From Candidatus Heimdallarchaeota archaeon (GTDB taxonomy: Archaea > Asgardarchaeota > Heimdallarchaeia > Heimdallarchaeales > Kariarchaeaceae), in the NCBI GenBank assembly GCA_030149205.1, contig JASBSB010000006.1, forward strand, positions 240,001-272,000: DNA of 32,000 bases, written 5' to 3'. Within the stretch, counting starts at the first letter, position 1, and each line of letters begins with the position of its first letter. Below are positions 1 to 8,975 of this stretch, in pieces. The notes under the pieces are model-generated. The model did not search any database and was not told the origin of the DNA. It was given only the letters and a program-made list of their open reading frames with translations. The translations under genes and the position numbers were made by a program.

Positions 1-456
1 ATGATTCAATTTTCAGAATTTTCAATACCTACGCATGAAGGAAAATTACTTACAGAAAAAGACACACTTGGAAAGCGAGTGGTACTGTTTTCATATCCAG
101 AGGCATTTACCCCAGGTTGTACAGCTGAGGTATGCTCAATTAGAGATCAATTTGGAGAGATTTTGAAACACGAAGTACTTGTATTAGGTATTTCCAAAGA
201 TTCTGTAGAAAAGATCAAACAATTTCATGATGAGTATAAGCTAAAATATACTCTCCTTTCGGATGAGAAATCTGATTTTATGGAAAGGTTAGATGTCTAC
301 GGAGAGAAACTACTCTATGGAAAAAAGGTTATTGGAACCAAAAGAGAGATTATTTTTCTAGACGAAAAAGGAACTGAGGTAGATAGAATTAAGGGAGTCC
401 GAACAAAATCAACGGCAGAGCAAATCTTAAAGAAGTTTGATAAGCTGGGATGGTAA
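1..456 (+). CDS. bcp: Peroxiredoxin, BCP/PrxQ family
   Basis: YPEAFTPGCTAEVC matches the BCP PxxxTxxC-x4-C motif; GISKD and LLSD segments fit the thioredoxin fold. Confidence 0.92.
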   Translation: MIQFSEFSIPTHEGKLLTEKDTLGKRVVLFSYPEAFTPGCTAEVCSIRDQFGEILKHEVLVLGISKDSVEKIKQFHDEYKLKYTLLSDEKSDFMERLDVYGEKLLYGKKVIGTKREIIFLDEKGTEVDRIKGVRTKSTAEQILKKFDKLGW

Positions 457-1019
457 ATCTGATGAAAATCTACACAAAATCGGGAGATACTGGAAATACA
501 TCACTAGTCGGTGGTTCAAAAACCCCCAAAGATGATGAAAGAGTAGATGCCTATGGTGAAATTGATGAATTAAACTCATTCATAGGGTTAGTAGTAAGCA
601 GAATTGAAGATAAACCTTTACTTGATGAGCTGAAAGACAAACTTACATTCATACAAAACCTTCTCTTTGAGGTGGGAACTGGTTTAGCAACTCCAACACT
701 GACGGAGACAATCAAAAAAGAAGATATTGACACAATAGAGAAATGGATTGACACTTACAGTGAAACATTACCAGCTTTACAATCATTTATCCTTCCAGGC
801 GGAAGTGAAGTCGCAGCAAGGTTTCATGTGCTCCGAACCATCACAAGAAGAGCAGAAAGGAGAATTGTAAAGTTAAACAATGACCAACCCATTTCCTCTC
901 TTATGATTCCGTTTATTAACAGACTCTCAGATCTCTTCTTTGTGTTGGCTCGATACTCGAACTTTAGGTTGGGTTATAATGATGTAGTTTGGACAAGCCG
1001 TCAGAAGAAGGAATCATAG
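450..1019 (+). CDS. pduO: ATP:cob(I)alamin adenosyltransferase, PduO type (likely start ATG 462)
   Basis: N-terminal MKIYTKSGDTGNTSL, plus AYGEIDELNS, FILPGG, RTITRRAER and INRLSDLFF, all PduO/MMAB signatures. Confidence 0.93.
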   Translation: MVNLMKIYTKSGDTGNTSLVGGSKTPKDDERVDAYGEIDELNSFIGLVVSRIEDKPLLDELKDKLTFIQNLLFEVGTGLATPTLTETIKKEDIDTIEKWIDTYSETLPALQSFILPGGSEVAARFHVLRTITRRAERRIVKLNNDQPISSLMIPFINRLSDLFFVLARYSNFRLGYNDVVWTSRQKKES

Positions 1020-1040
1020 CTTGGAAGGTTCAAACATATT

Positions 1041-1439
1041 CTATGAAGAGGGAAATAGAAATTTATAAGAACGAAGAGAAAATCCTCTTCTGATTGAAAA
1101 ATAAGCTGATGATAATTGTGTAAATCCTTTACGTGTCCAAAACAACAGCTCCGTGTCTTTGGATTTTGTTTCATTCACATCTCGGTATAGCTCACACATC
1201 TCTGAAGAATATTTAGAAAGTGGCATATAATCTTCAAAGTAGGCAGCTGTTCCCTTCAGAGTGTGAAATATTCTAAATATCGATTTGTATGCCTCAAGAA
1301 CCTTTTCACTGTCTCGTAAAAATCTCAGATTGCGCAAAGATTCAGAATAAAGATCCATCATGTCATTGAATTCTTGTAAAAACACACCATGAAATTCATC
1401 ATAGGATGGGTCATTTCTCGCAATCCAACTATCTTCCAC
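1041..1439 (-). CDS. Stand-alone histidine phosphotransfer (HPt) domain protein
   Basis: All-helical 132 aa; IFRIFHTLKGTAAYF matches the HPt/CheA-P1 signature FRxxHTLKG. GTG start. Confidence 0.78.
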   Translation of the reverse strand: MEDSWIARNDPSYDEFHGVFLQEFNDMMDLYSESLRNLRFLRDSEKVLEAYKSIFRIFHTLKGTAAYFEDYMPLSKYSSEMCELYRDVNETKSKDTELLFWTRKGFTQLSSAYFSIRRGFSLRSYKFLFPSS

Positions 1440-1515
1440 AATTTGGTGTTAGAATTTACCTTTTTATCTCTTAGTCATGACTTTAAGAATATTGAATAGG
1501 TATTTGGGGATTATT

Positions 1516-1875
1516 TTAAGTTGTCCATTCCAAATCTGGAATCTGCTCATCGGGAGCTTTACCTGGGTCATCCCACGACTCATTTCTAACAAGCTTTAGT
1601 GGTTCAACAACCATGTCATGGTCACATAAAATTTGACATGAAAGACGGTATTGTCCAAGTCTATCAGTTTCGGTGAGCTTAGTTCGTTCTGCCACCGACA
1701 TCTTTTTGGGTTCTCCTTCATGAAATTTCACTCGACAGGTTGTACATTTTGCATGACCCCCACACCTGTGTGAGACATCAACACCTGCCCTTTCTATAGC
1801 TAATACCAACCTAGTATCAGAATCTACATCTATCACTTTATTTGATCCATCTACTTTGATAGTTATCTTTGGCAT
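1516..1875 (-). CDS. [2Fe-2S] ferredoxin
   Basis: CGGHAKCTTC (Cx5Cx2C) plus a distal RLSCQ cysteine. Confidence 0.92.
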   Translation of the reverse strand: MPKITIKVDGSNKVIDVDSDTRLVLAIERAGVDVSHRCGGHAKCTTCRVKFHEGEPKKMSVAERTKLTETDRLGQYRLSCQILCDHDMVVEPLKLVRNESWDDPGKAPDEQIPDLEWTT

Positions 1876-1941
1876 AGGATGCGATAAAAGAAAGAGATAT
1901 TTATTGCTTTGCTCTGTTGAAAGTAACTGACACGTACCCCG

Positions 1942-2391
1942 TTAGCTTCCTGAGTTTTGAATACTTTCTACTGTCTTATCAATTACTTTATGCTGTAGAT
2001 TAACCTGATTTGTTTTTAGGTGTTCTACATCTACTTTAAATTGCTCAGAATGGAGAAGGTAGACGTCTGTGGCTATTTCTAGAAACGAAATTTGGTTAAG
2101 TTTAGCCCCAACCTGTAGACTTCGGAGAAAATTATTTTTCATGTACGGAGCTGTTCTCATTCTTTTCGTGTTTAAAAAAATTGATCCAGTTTCTAAGACT
2201 TTCTGAAAGATGAGGTCAACATCTACATCATCTTCAACTGAGATAAACTTCAGACTTGGGGACGGTTCCATCTCATCAGAAACGATCTCTGGTAATTCTG
2301 CCTTTTTTGATTTCCTAAAAACAGATGTGACCTTGCTCAACACCAATCCCGTTGCACCACTAGCTATTGCAAGAGAAATAGGTTCAACCAT
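1942..2391 (-). CDS. Divergent SepF-like protein with N-terminal hydrophobic anchor (tentative)
   Basis: The core LKFISVEDDVDVDLIFQKVLETGSIFLNTK...FLRSLQVGAKLNQISFLEIATDVYLLHSEQFKVD follows the archaeal SepF hydrophobic pattern. The N-terminus (PISLAIASGATGLVLSKV) is hydrophobic and followed by RKSKK. Confidence 0.5.
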   Translation of the reverse strand: MVEPISLAIASGATGLVLSKVTSVFRKSKKAELPEIVSDEMEPSPSLKFISVEDDVDVDLIFQKVLETGSIFLNTKRMRTAPYMKNNFLRSLQVGAKLNQISFLEIATDVYLLHSEQFKVDVEHLKTNQVNLQHKVIDKTVESIQNSGS

Positions 2392-2448
2392 AAACTATTG
2401 AAGACATTAGATGATTTATAACAAAGTGATACGTGGGAAACACCTAGG

Positions 2449-3474
2449 TTATCTCCATAATATTGAGACTTCTTCTGGTCGAAAGTGTTGCCGAACTAAA
2501 GTATCGTCTAAGGATTGCTTGTGACCTGTGAGATGCATTAATAAACCTGTCCAAGCTATCATAACACCATTGTCGATTGCGGTCGCTGCAGGTAACCCAG
2601 AAAACTTTGCCCCGTGCTCTTTTGCCATTAGGTTTAACATTTCCTGTAATCGCTTATTTGAGGCTACACCTCCAGTTACCAGAACCTCATCCTTGTCGAG
2701 ATGAGTAAGAGCTCTTTCAGTTACCTCAGTTAGCATTGCAAAACAAGTTTCCTGTAAGGAATTTGCAACAACCTCCGTAGTATAACCCTCTTTCTTACAT
2801 TTCCTTTTTGCAGCGGTTAATATCCCAGAAAATGACAGATCCATCCCTTTCACCGTATAAGGTAATTCAACATATTCATCAGTTAACTTTGCATAGTCCT
2901 CAATCACCTTCCCCATAGGAGCTTTTGAGGCATCTAAAGAGAGTGATCTCCCAAAGACATCAAGACAATTCCCAACAGGTATATCTAATGTTTCCCCAAA
3001 CACCCTATATCTATTATGAGAATACCCAATTATCTGTGAATTACCTCCCGAAACATACAAAACTATCGGGTCATCAAGGTTTCCCTGTAGACGTCCAATT
3101 TCAACATGGGCAATCTGATGGTTTACACCAACTATTGGTTTGTTCAACTTTTTTGCAAGAGTGCGACCTGTGACAGCATCCACACGTAAACAGGGGCCCA
3201 TTCCGCTACCTTGGGTGAAAGTGACCAGATCAATCTCTTGAGGTGTAATCTTTGCTTCTTCAAAAGCAGATTTCAACAACCCAGGGATAACCTCTGCATG
3301 ATGTTCTGCTGCGTCTCTTGGGATAACCCCCTTCCCTAACTCTGGTTTATAGGTAGCTCTTTGATTTGCCAAAATTTTGCCGTCGGAGTCAATGATTCCA
3401 ACCCCAACTTTATCTGCAGAGCTTTCAAATCCTATGGCAATTAGTGTAGTATCAGATTTGGGAAATATTACCAC
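2449..3474 (-). CDS. kae1: tRNA N6-threonylcarbamoyladenosine synthase Kae1 (not fused to Bud32)
   Basis: GFESSADKVGVG, PRDAAEHH, GVNHQIAHVE, LYVSGGN, GETLDIPVGNCLD, DLSFSG, GGVASN and IDNGVMIAW. Confidence 0.97.
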   Translation of the reverse strand: MVIFPKSDTTLIAIGFESSADKVGVGIIDSDGKILANQRATYKPELGKGVIPRDAAEHHAEVIPGLLKSAFEEAKITPQEIDLVTFTQGSGMGPCLRVDAVTGRTLAKKLNKPIVGVNHQIAHVEIGRLQGNLDDPIVLYVSGGNSQIIGYSHNRYRVFGETLDIPVGNCLDVFGRSLSLDASKAPMGKVIEDYAKLTDEYVELPYTVKGMDLSFSGILTAAKRKCKKEGYTTEVVANSLQETCFAMLTEVTERALTHLDKDEVLVTGGVASNKRLQEMLNLMAKEHGAKFSGLPAATAIDNGVMIAWTGLLMHLTGHKQSLDDTLVRQHFRPEEVSILWR

Positions 3475-3516
3475 AATTCCTTAATCAGTATTATTAAATT
3501 AAATCTTTAGAAACGT

Positions 3517-4875
3517 TTAAAGTTTTTCTCCGATAAGTTTATCTCGTTTCTTTCGCCAATCAGCCAACTCAGAATGTTCATCTGGATAGGTTTTATAATG
3601 GTCTCTAACCACTTCAATCTCTTTGAGAAGCCTGTTTAAAATAATTGGTACTTTGAAATCTGGAAGAATTCGTAGCAGTTTTTTGATAATTTCTACAACG
3701 GAGAGATTTAATGGCTCCCCTAGAAAGATTTTTGTTAATTCCTCCTCTGTAAGAAATTTTTTCTTTAAAATTTCATCAATTTTTTCAGGCCCCAAGATTC
3801 TTAGATACTTAAGCACAACATAGCTCATTGAGTTTCTTACTCCGTAATGAGCCATTATTAGCCGGTTATACTCCCACAACCCTTCTCTGGAGACGTCCCC
3901 CTTATCTAATGCTTCATTTAGGACTAATCCAGCATAATATCCTCCAACTAAAGCAGGTCCGTGACCTTCTGCTGTCGTAGGATCGACCAAACAACCAGCA
4001 TCTCCCACTACAACCCCTCCATTGAAGGTCATACAATCAAATGGGGGTCTAATGGGTATTTGACCTCCTCCACTAACGTCGACAGTATAACTCTCTGGTG
4101 AATAAGTTTTGTGCAAGGCATCATGAAATACCTCTTTCATCCCCTTACCGTTTCCAACTGGATCTGATTTTAGCCATCCTGTACCAACATTCAAGGCTTT
4201 TTCACCTTTTGTAAAATACCAGATGTAACCCGGGGAGGGGATATCCTTATCATACTCCAGCACAATTTCATGTCGGAATGGATGTTCCTCTTTGAGTGAG
4301 ATAATCTCCCTATAAGAGGCAGCTATATGGTGATCGTCGAGTTTTGCATAAAGACCTTCTGAAAAACCTTCAGGTAATAACTTTCTTACAGCCGCCCAAG
4401 TTCCAGAACAGTCAACAACAACTTTTCCAAATATAGACACTAAATCTGACCCGTTCTTGTATTTAACTCCAACCACATACCCATTATCTATTATTACATC
4501 TCTAACTGGTGCAGAGTCAATGACCCTCACACCAATATCAATACATTCTTTTAACAACCTCTGACCATACTTATGCCTATCTACTGTATAACCAGGAGCA
4601 GGTATTGAGAGGCGAGAACTCATAGATGCAACTGTAAGGAGGTTGAGATCATCGGAGACTTCCTCACCAAATGGCATGGGAAGATTCATTGATTCAAATA
4701 AAAATATTGGACTGCTCTCATCAAGAGCATCACCGCAGGTTTTATTTCCTATCTGGTCATGTTTTTTCTTATCTAACAGCACCACAGATTTACCATGATA
4801 TGCCAAAGTATAAGCAGTGATAACACCAGCAGGTCCCCCACCTACAATAATTGCATCGAACTTCTCATCACTCAT
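3517..4875 (-). CDS. Geranylgeranyl reductase family flavoprotein (digeranylgeranylglycerophospholipid reductase-like)
   Basis: FAD motif IIVGGGPAG right after ATG 4875 (MSDEKF); KTCGDA, VDRHKY, GYIWYF, NVGTG, GDAGCLVDPTTAEGHGPA. The start is moved from 4947 to avoid overlap with the divergent ORF. Confidence 0.88.
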   Translation of the reverse strand: MSDEKFDAIIVGGGPAGVITAYTLAYHGKSVVLLDKKKHDQIGNKTCGDALDESSPIFLFESMNLPMPFGEEVSDDLNLLTVASMSSRLSIPAPGYTVDRHKYGQRLLKECIDIGVRVIDSAPVRDVIIDNGYVVGVKYKNGSDLVSIFGKVVVDCSGTWAAVRKLLPEGFSEGLYAKLDDHHIAASYREIISLKEEHPFRHEIVLEYDKDIPSPGYIWYFTKGEKALNVGTGWLKSDPVGNGKGMKEVFHDALHKTYSPESYTVDVSGGGQIPIRPPFDCMTFNGGVVVGDAGCLVDPTTAEGHGPALVGGYYAGLVLNEALDKGDVSREGLWEYNRLIMAHYGVRNSMSYVVLKYLRILGPEKIDEILKKKFLTEEELTKIFLGEPLNLSVVEIIKKLLRILPDFKVPIILNRLLKEIEVVRDHYKTYPDEHSELADWRKKRDKLIGEKL

Positions 4876-5009
4876 TACTGTTAACCAATTATAGCATACA
4901 AATAAATTGCTTTCTATTTCATACAAAATGCCGTGAAAAGAGACCAAATTTTCACGTATTAATCACATTGAATCAAGTAAATTATAAAGCAAAAAACAAA
5001 CCACAGGAT

Positions 5010-5798
5010 GTGATAAATAGAATTGAGGCATTTGCCATTCAAAGTAAGAGAATAATCGGTTTTGGTGATTCTGTTTGGGAGAATCTCGAAGAAAGCCTTA
5101 AAGAATTTGAGTTCAAATTGGGTGATATTTTAATTGTTGCATCAAAAGTTGTTTCTATGGAACAGAATGATGCTGTTAAGTTAGATGATGTGAGTCCCTC
5201 AGAATGGGCAATGGAACTGGCAAAAGATGCAGACCTCGATCCGAGGGTTGCTGAGTTGGTCATTCAAGAATCTGGGGGGGAAATCTATGGCTCAGTTTGG
5301 AAGGCAATCTTAGCAAAAACAAGTTTTGGACTTGGGGCAAACGCTGGAATTGATTTATCAAATGTGCCCAAGGGTTATGCCCTTCTTTTACCAAAAAACC
5401 CAGATAAATTTGCTCTTGACATTCATCTAAAGTTAAAACAAAAATATAATTTGTCGATTCCAGTGATTCTCGCGGATTCGAGGACTATCCCCCTAAGAAG
5501 GGGAACCTCAGGTGTGACAATAGGGTTGGCAGGAATGGAGCCAATCATTGATGAGAGAGGGCATAAGGATTTATATGGATACAAGATGCAAATTACAACT
5601 AGAGCCATAGCAGATAATGTCGCAACAGTTGCTAACCTTTTAATGGGTGAGACTGATGAAAGAATCCCTTTCTCAGTGGTCAGAGGTGTAGAATTTATTC
5701 AAAGCGAGCAGTCTGGAATTCAAACAGCTCTAATGCCACCTGACCAATGCATCTATTTTGCCCCTTTCTTAAAGACCAGGAGAAAACTAGATGGGTAA
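5010..5798 (+). CDS. cofE: CofE/COG1478-family gamma-glutamyl ligase
   Basis: IVASKVVS, ANAGIDLSNV, LLPKNPD, VILADS, PLRRG, G.AGMEP and AIADNVATVANLLMGE. In-frame GTG at 5010 with AGGA just upstream; the ORF-track start at 4851 overlaps the GGR gene. Confidence 0.85.
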   Translation: MINRIEAFAIQSKRIIGFGDSVWENLEESLKEFEFKLGDILIVASKVVSMEQNDAVKLDDVSPSEWAMELAKDADLDPRVAELVIQESGGEIYGSVWKAILAKTSFGLGANAGIDLSNVPKGYALLLPKNPDKFALDIHLKLKQKYNLSIPVILADSRTIPLRRGTSGVTIGLAGMEPIIDERGHKDLYGYKMQITTRAIADNVATVANLLMGETDERIPFSVVRGVEFIQSEQSGIQTALMPPDQCIYFAPFLKTRRKLDG

Positions 5799-6636
5799 AT
5801 TTGCTGGGATTGAGTTTAATAGCTTTAACCCTATCCTTTCTGGAATCATTAACCTTTCACCTGAAAGCTTTTACAAAAATTCCTCTATGACTTCATCAGA
5901 GATGATAAATGAGGCTCTGCTAAACAATCATAAATTTGAGAGCAAAATCATCGATGTCGGGGCACGATCCACCAGACCGGTTACTTTATATGGAAAATTA
6001 GTTGAGATTAGTGTTGATGAGGAACTTAATCGTGTCAAGAAATTTCTCCCTTCAATCCAAGCATTTTGTTCAAAACATGAACTACTGGTTTCTATAGACA
6101 CACAATACACAAAGGTTGCAAGATATGCAATAGGAGAGGGAGTTGAGATAGTAAATGATATAAGTGGATTTACGACTGATCCTGAGATGTTAGGGTTATG
6201 CAAAGATGAAAAAGTTTCGGTGGTTGTTATGGCATCAAAAGAAAAACCTGGAGATGTTGTATCATTTGATGACACTTTTCAAACCCTTAAAAGAATAATT
6301 GAAAACGCAAATTCAAAGGGTTTACCTTCATCGAAACTGGCAATTGATCCAGCTTTTGGTGGATGGCAGGGGAGGTCTCAAGATATAGACCTTGAATTGA
6401 TACAAAGATTCACAGAGTTAACAACATTAAATTCTCCAATTTATGTTGGAGTTTCAAGAAAATCAACAATTAAAACTTTAGGAGGGGGAGTTGAGCCAGA
6501 GAAAAGGTTGAGTGGGTCATTGGTTCTCACTGCACATCTTATCAAACAAGGAGCTAACATCATAAGAACACATGATGTGGAAGAAACAAGGTATGCAATA
6601 AACGTTAACTCGAAAATATTAGAATTGTCTGAGTAG
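5791..6636 (+). CDS. folP: Dihydropteroate synthase
   Basis: GIINLSPESF, IIDVGARSTRP, VSIDT, IVNDISG, IDPAFG, VGVSRKS, IIRTHDV. Confidence 0.92.
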   Translation: MGKFAGIEFNSFNPILSGIINLSPESFYKNSSMTSSEMINEALLNNHKFESKIIDVGARSTRPVTLYGKLVEISVDEELNRVKKFLPSIQAFCSKHELLVSIDTQYTKVARYAIGEGVEIVNDISGFTTDPEMLGLCKDEKVSVVVMASKEKPGDVVSFDDTFQTLKRIIENANSKGLPSSKLAIDPAFGGWQGRSQDIDLELIQRFTELTTLNSPIYVGVSRKSTIKTLGGGVEPEKRLSGSLVLTAHLIKQGANIIRTHDVEETRYAINVNSKILELSE

Positions 6637-6731
6637 AAGTTTACCTTAAAATAATTGAATATAGAATTTCCATCAATTCAGAGATTACATGAAAAGACAT
6701 TTTTTATATTAAGAGTAAACTGTTAACCTAA

Positions 6732-7706
6732 ATGTATGAGCTGTTCTATAAGGGAGTTATCTCTAAAATGCCTGAACAGGTAGTTGAGGTGATGGGAGAA
6801 CCTTTCTATAGAGCATACTCAGCATTTCTTGGAAAGAGATTACCTACGCATACGTTTAATGTGGAACAGTTTGAATTCTCGAACCCAATTGGGATACCTA
6901 GTGGTTGGGCAGATACCCCTGGTAAGGCGAACTTGCTTGCGAATATAAATCTAGGTGTGATCGTTCTTAAAACCATCACTGTTCATCCCCAAAGAGGAAA
7001 TCCCTATCCTCGAATAATCAGAAAGGGAAAGTCATTGATCAATTCCATGGGGCTTCCAAATAAGGGCTTACAATGGTGGAAGGAGAATATTGATGATGTT
7101 AAGGTCAACCCAAAAATTTTAAGTGTTAAAGGGAATACATTATCTGAATGGAAGCAGCTCATAGATGCGTTCTCTAACAAAGTAGACATTTTGGAGCTGA
7201 ACTTTTCATGTCCGAACGTTTCCAAAGGAGTCATGGATATTGACAATAGTATAAAACTCCTAAAAGAGATTTCAAAGATTAGTAACCGCAGATACTGGTT
7301 AAAGTTAAGCCCCGAACACACAGCAGAGCAAAACTTAGAGCTAGTGCAAAAATTACGATCAGACATTCTTGGTGTTACATTGATAAATACCTTGCCTGTT
7401 AAAAATCCTAAGTTGGGAAATAAATTGGGTGTAGGAGGATTTAGTGGTCCTGAGATCTATCCTCTACTAATTCAACAGCTAACTGTATTTAGAGAATATT
7501 ATAGAAATTTTAATGATTTACCAATCTTTGCAACTGGTGGGGTCGATTCCTCAAATTACCTGAACATATTAAAGAATTTTAAATCAGTACCACTTATGTT
7601 AACTTCATTTCTTACACAGGGTTTGGGAGTATATGGAAGCACACTATCTACATTTGAAAAAGAGTTTGATGGCCTATCGGTAAATTCAATTCTGAACCTT
7701 GAATAG
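6732..7706 (+). CDS. pyrD: Dihydroorotate dehydrogenase
   Basis: NPIGIPSG, KTIT, NSMGLPNKG, ELNFSCPN, KLSP, INT, GGFSG, ATGGV. Confidence 0.88.
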   Translation: MYELFYKGVISKMPEQVVEVMGEPFYRAYSAFLGKRLPTHTFNVEQFEFSNPIGIPSGWADTPGKANLLANINLGVIVLKTITVHPQRGNPYPRIIRKGKSLINSMGLPNKGLQWWKENIDDVKVNPKILSVKGNTLSEWKQLIDAFSNKVDILELNFSCPNVSKGVMDIDNSIKLLKEISKISNRRYWLKLSPEHTAEQNLELVQKLRSDILGVTLINTLPVKNPKLGNKLGVGGFSGPEIYPLLIQQLTVFREYYRNFNDLPIFATGGVDSSNYLNILKNFKSVPLMLTSFLTQGLGVYGSTLSTFEKEFDGLSVNSILNLE

Positions 7707-7789
7707 TTGAACTGAATCTAGGTAATTCTTCCGAACTATATGTTGACTAAAGACAAACTTATAAGAGAGAGCAAGTACCATAAGAAAAT

Positions 7790-8143
7790 ATGACAGAGGA
7801 TATTAAAGAAGTTCTGGAACAACTACTCAACGAAGGTAAGAACTGGGCAAAACTAGCCACACCTGTCAAAGGAGTTCATATCGTAAAAATGCCAGCTAAA
7901 GGCAAGTTAAAAGCCAAACTAGCGTTAGAGATTAACCCTCCTTTAAAAGGTACTGAAGAACCTAGTAAGAGGAAAGGGCTATTTATCACAACACAGGCCC
8001 AGCTAGAGGCTTTTTTTGAGGCTTTTAAGGAAAGAGGTCTTCTAGAACTGATGGGAAAGGTTGATGAAATCAATGAAATTGATAAATATAACTCTGAACC
8101 CAAGACCTCAAATGTGGTTGGTACAATTGATTTTCCAAAATAA
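7790..8143 (+). CDS. Hypothetical protein, possibly a PC4-like nucleic-acid-binding fold
   Basis: Clean 117-aa ATG ORF. Beta-beta-beta-helix pattern, with KRKGLFITTQAQLEAF resembling the PC4 (G)RKGISL.xQ(W) segment. Confidence 0.4.
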   Translation: MTEDIKEVLEQLLNEGKNWAKLATPVKGVHIVKMPAKGKLKAKLALEINPPLKGTEEPSKRKGLFITTQAQLEAFFEAFKERGLLELMGKVDEINEIDKYNSEPKTSNVVGTIDFPK

Positions 8144-8213
8144 CAAAACTCAACAAAATTAATTTAGAAGGCAAATAACCTAAAATAATGAGTGAGACTA
8201 TTTGATATAGTCA

Positions 8214-8975
8214 ATGTTTGGAAAAACCCTCTCATTTCAAATCAGACCTATCAATCCCCAATCAATAGTAAGGTATTCAAACAAGCTGCTCAGAACTTTC
8301 ATTTTTGGCTCTGTTTTATTGGTCTCTAATTTTGGAATTGGACTATTCTTACGGAGATCTGGTGAGCTATTCCCTTTTTTTGGTCACTCATCTGTCGCAT
8401 ATTTTGATAACTGGTTGTTCGGTTTGCTCATCACAGGTATCATTACAACCCTTTACTTCATGTTAGATAAAACCGACAGTGAAATTTCAAATAGAAGGTT
8501 CCTGAGTGATTTTTATAAAATTATCAAATTAAATTATCAAGAAAATGTTTTTAACGAGGATGAATCATTTGGGAAGGCTTCTCAATTCAAACTTGATCTA
8601 ATTTTAGACATAGCTCACGGAATTTTATTAAACGTTCTGATCTCAATAGCAATTTTGGTTTTAGGATTTCCAATTTATTCTTTCCTTAGTTTGATGATTT
8701 TCCTGATAATTTTCTACTTTGTACAAAGTATTTTATTAGGAATGTATGTTTCTTTTGTTCTAGCTATCTTTACAACAACAATGATTGTTTTAAAATTTAT
8801 ATTCAAAGAAAGAGAAATTGAGGAGGATAATGAATCATTTGTTAGCCCTATATCAAAAAGAGTCCTTGATATTTATAAATCAGAGAACCCTGCGATTTTA
8901 TGTCAAGAATGTGGGAGCTTTAACGCAGCAGAGAGAGAATTCTGTTCTGTGTGTCTGACCACACTTGAAAAATAG
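8214..8975 (+). CDS. Membrane protein with C-terminal zinc ribbon
   Basis: About four hydrophobic helices; terminal CQECGSFNAAEREFCSVC (CxxC-x10-CxxC). Confidence 0.72.
   Translation: MFGKTLSFQIRPINPQSIVRYSNKLLRTFIFGSVLLVSNFGIGLFLRRSGELFPFFGHSSVAYFDNWLFGLLITGIITTLYFMLDKTDSEISNRRFLSDFYKIIKLNYQENVFNEDESFGKASQFKLDLILDIAHGILLNVLISIAILVLGFPIYSFLSLMIFLIIFYFVQSILLGMYVSFVLAIFTTTMIVLKFIFKEREIEEDNESFVSPISKRVLDIYKSENPAILCQECGSFNAAEREFCSVCLTTLEK

Noticed and set aside
4851-5009. N-terminal extensions of the divergent GGR (to 4947) and CofE-like (from 4851) ORFs, giving a ~97-nt head-to-head overlap
   Set aside because: Family homology begins only at ATG 4875 (GGR) and about GTG 5010 (CofE). The extensions are longest-ORF artefacts over a divergent promoter.
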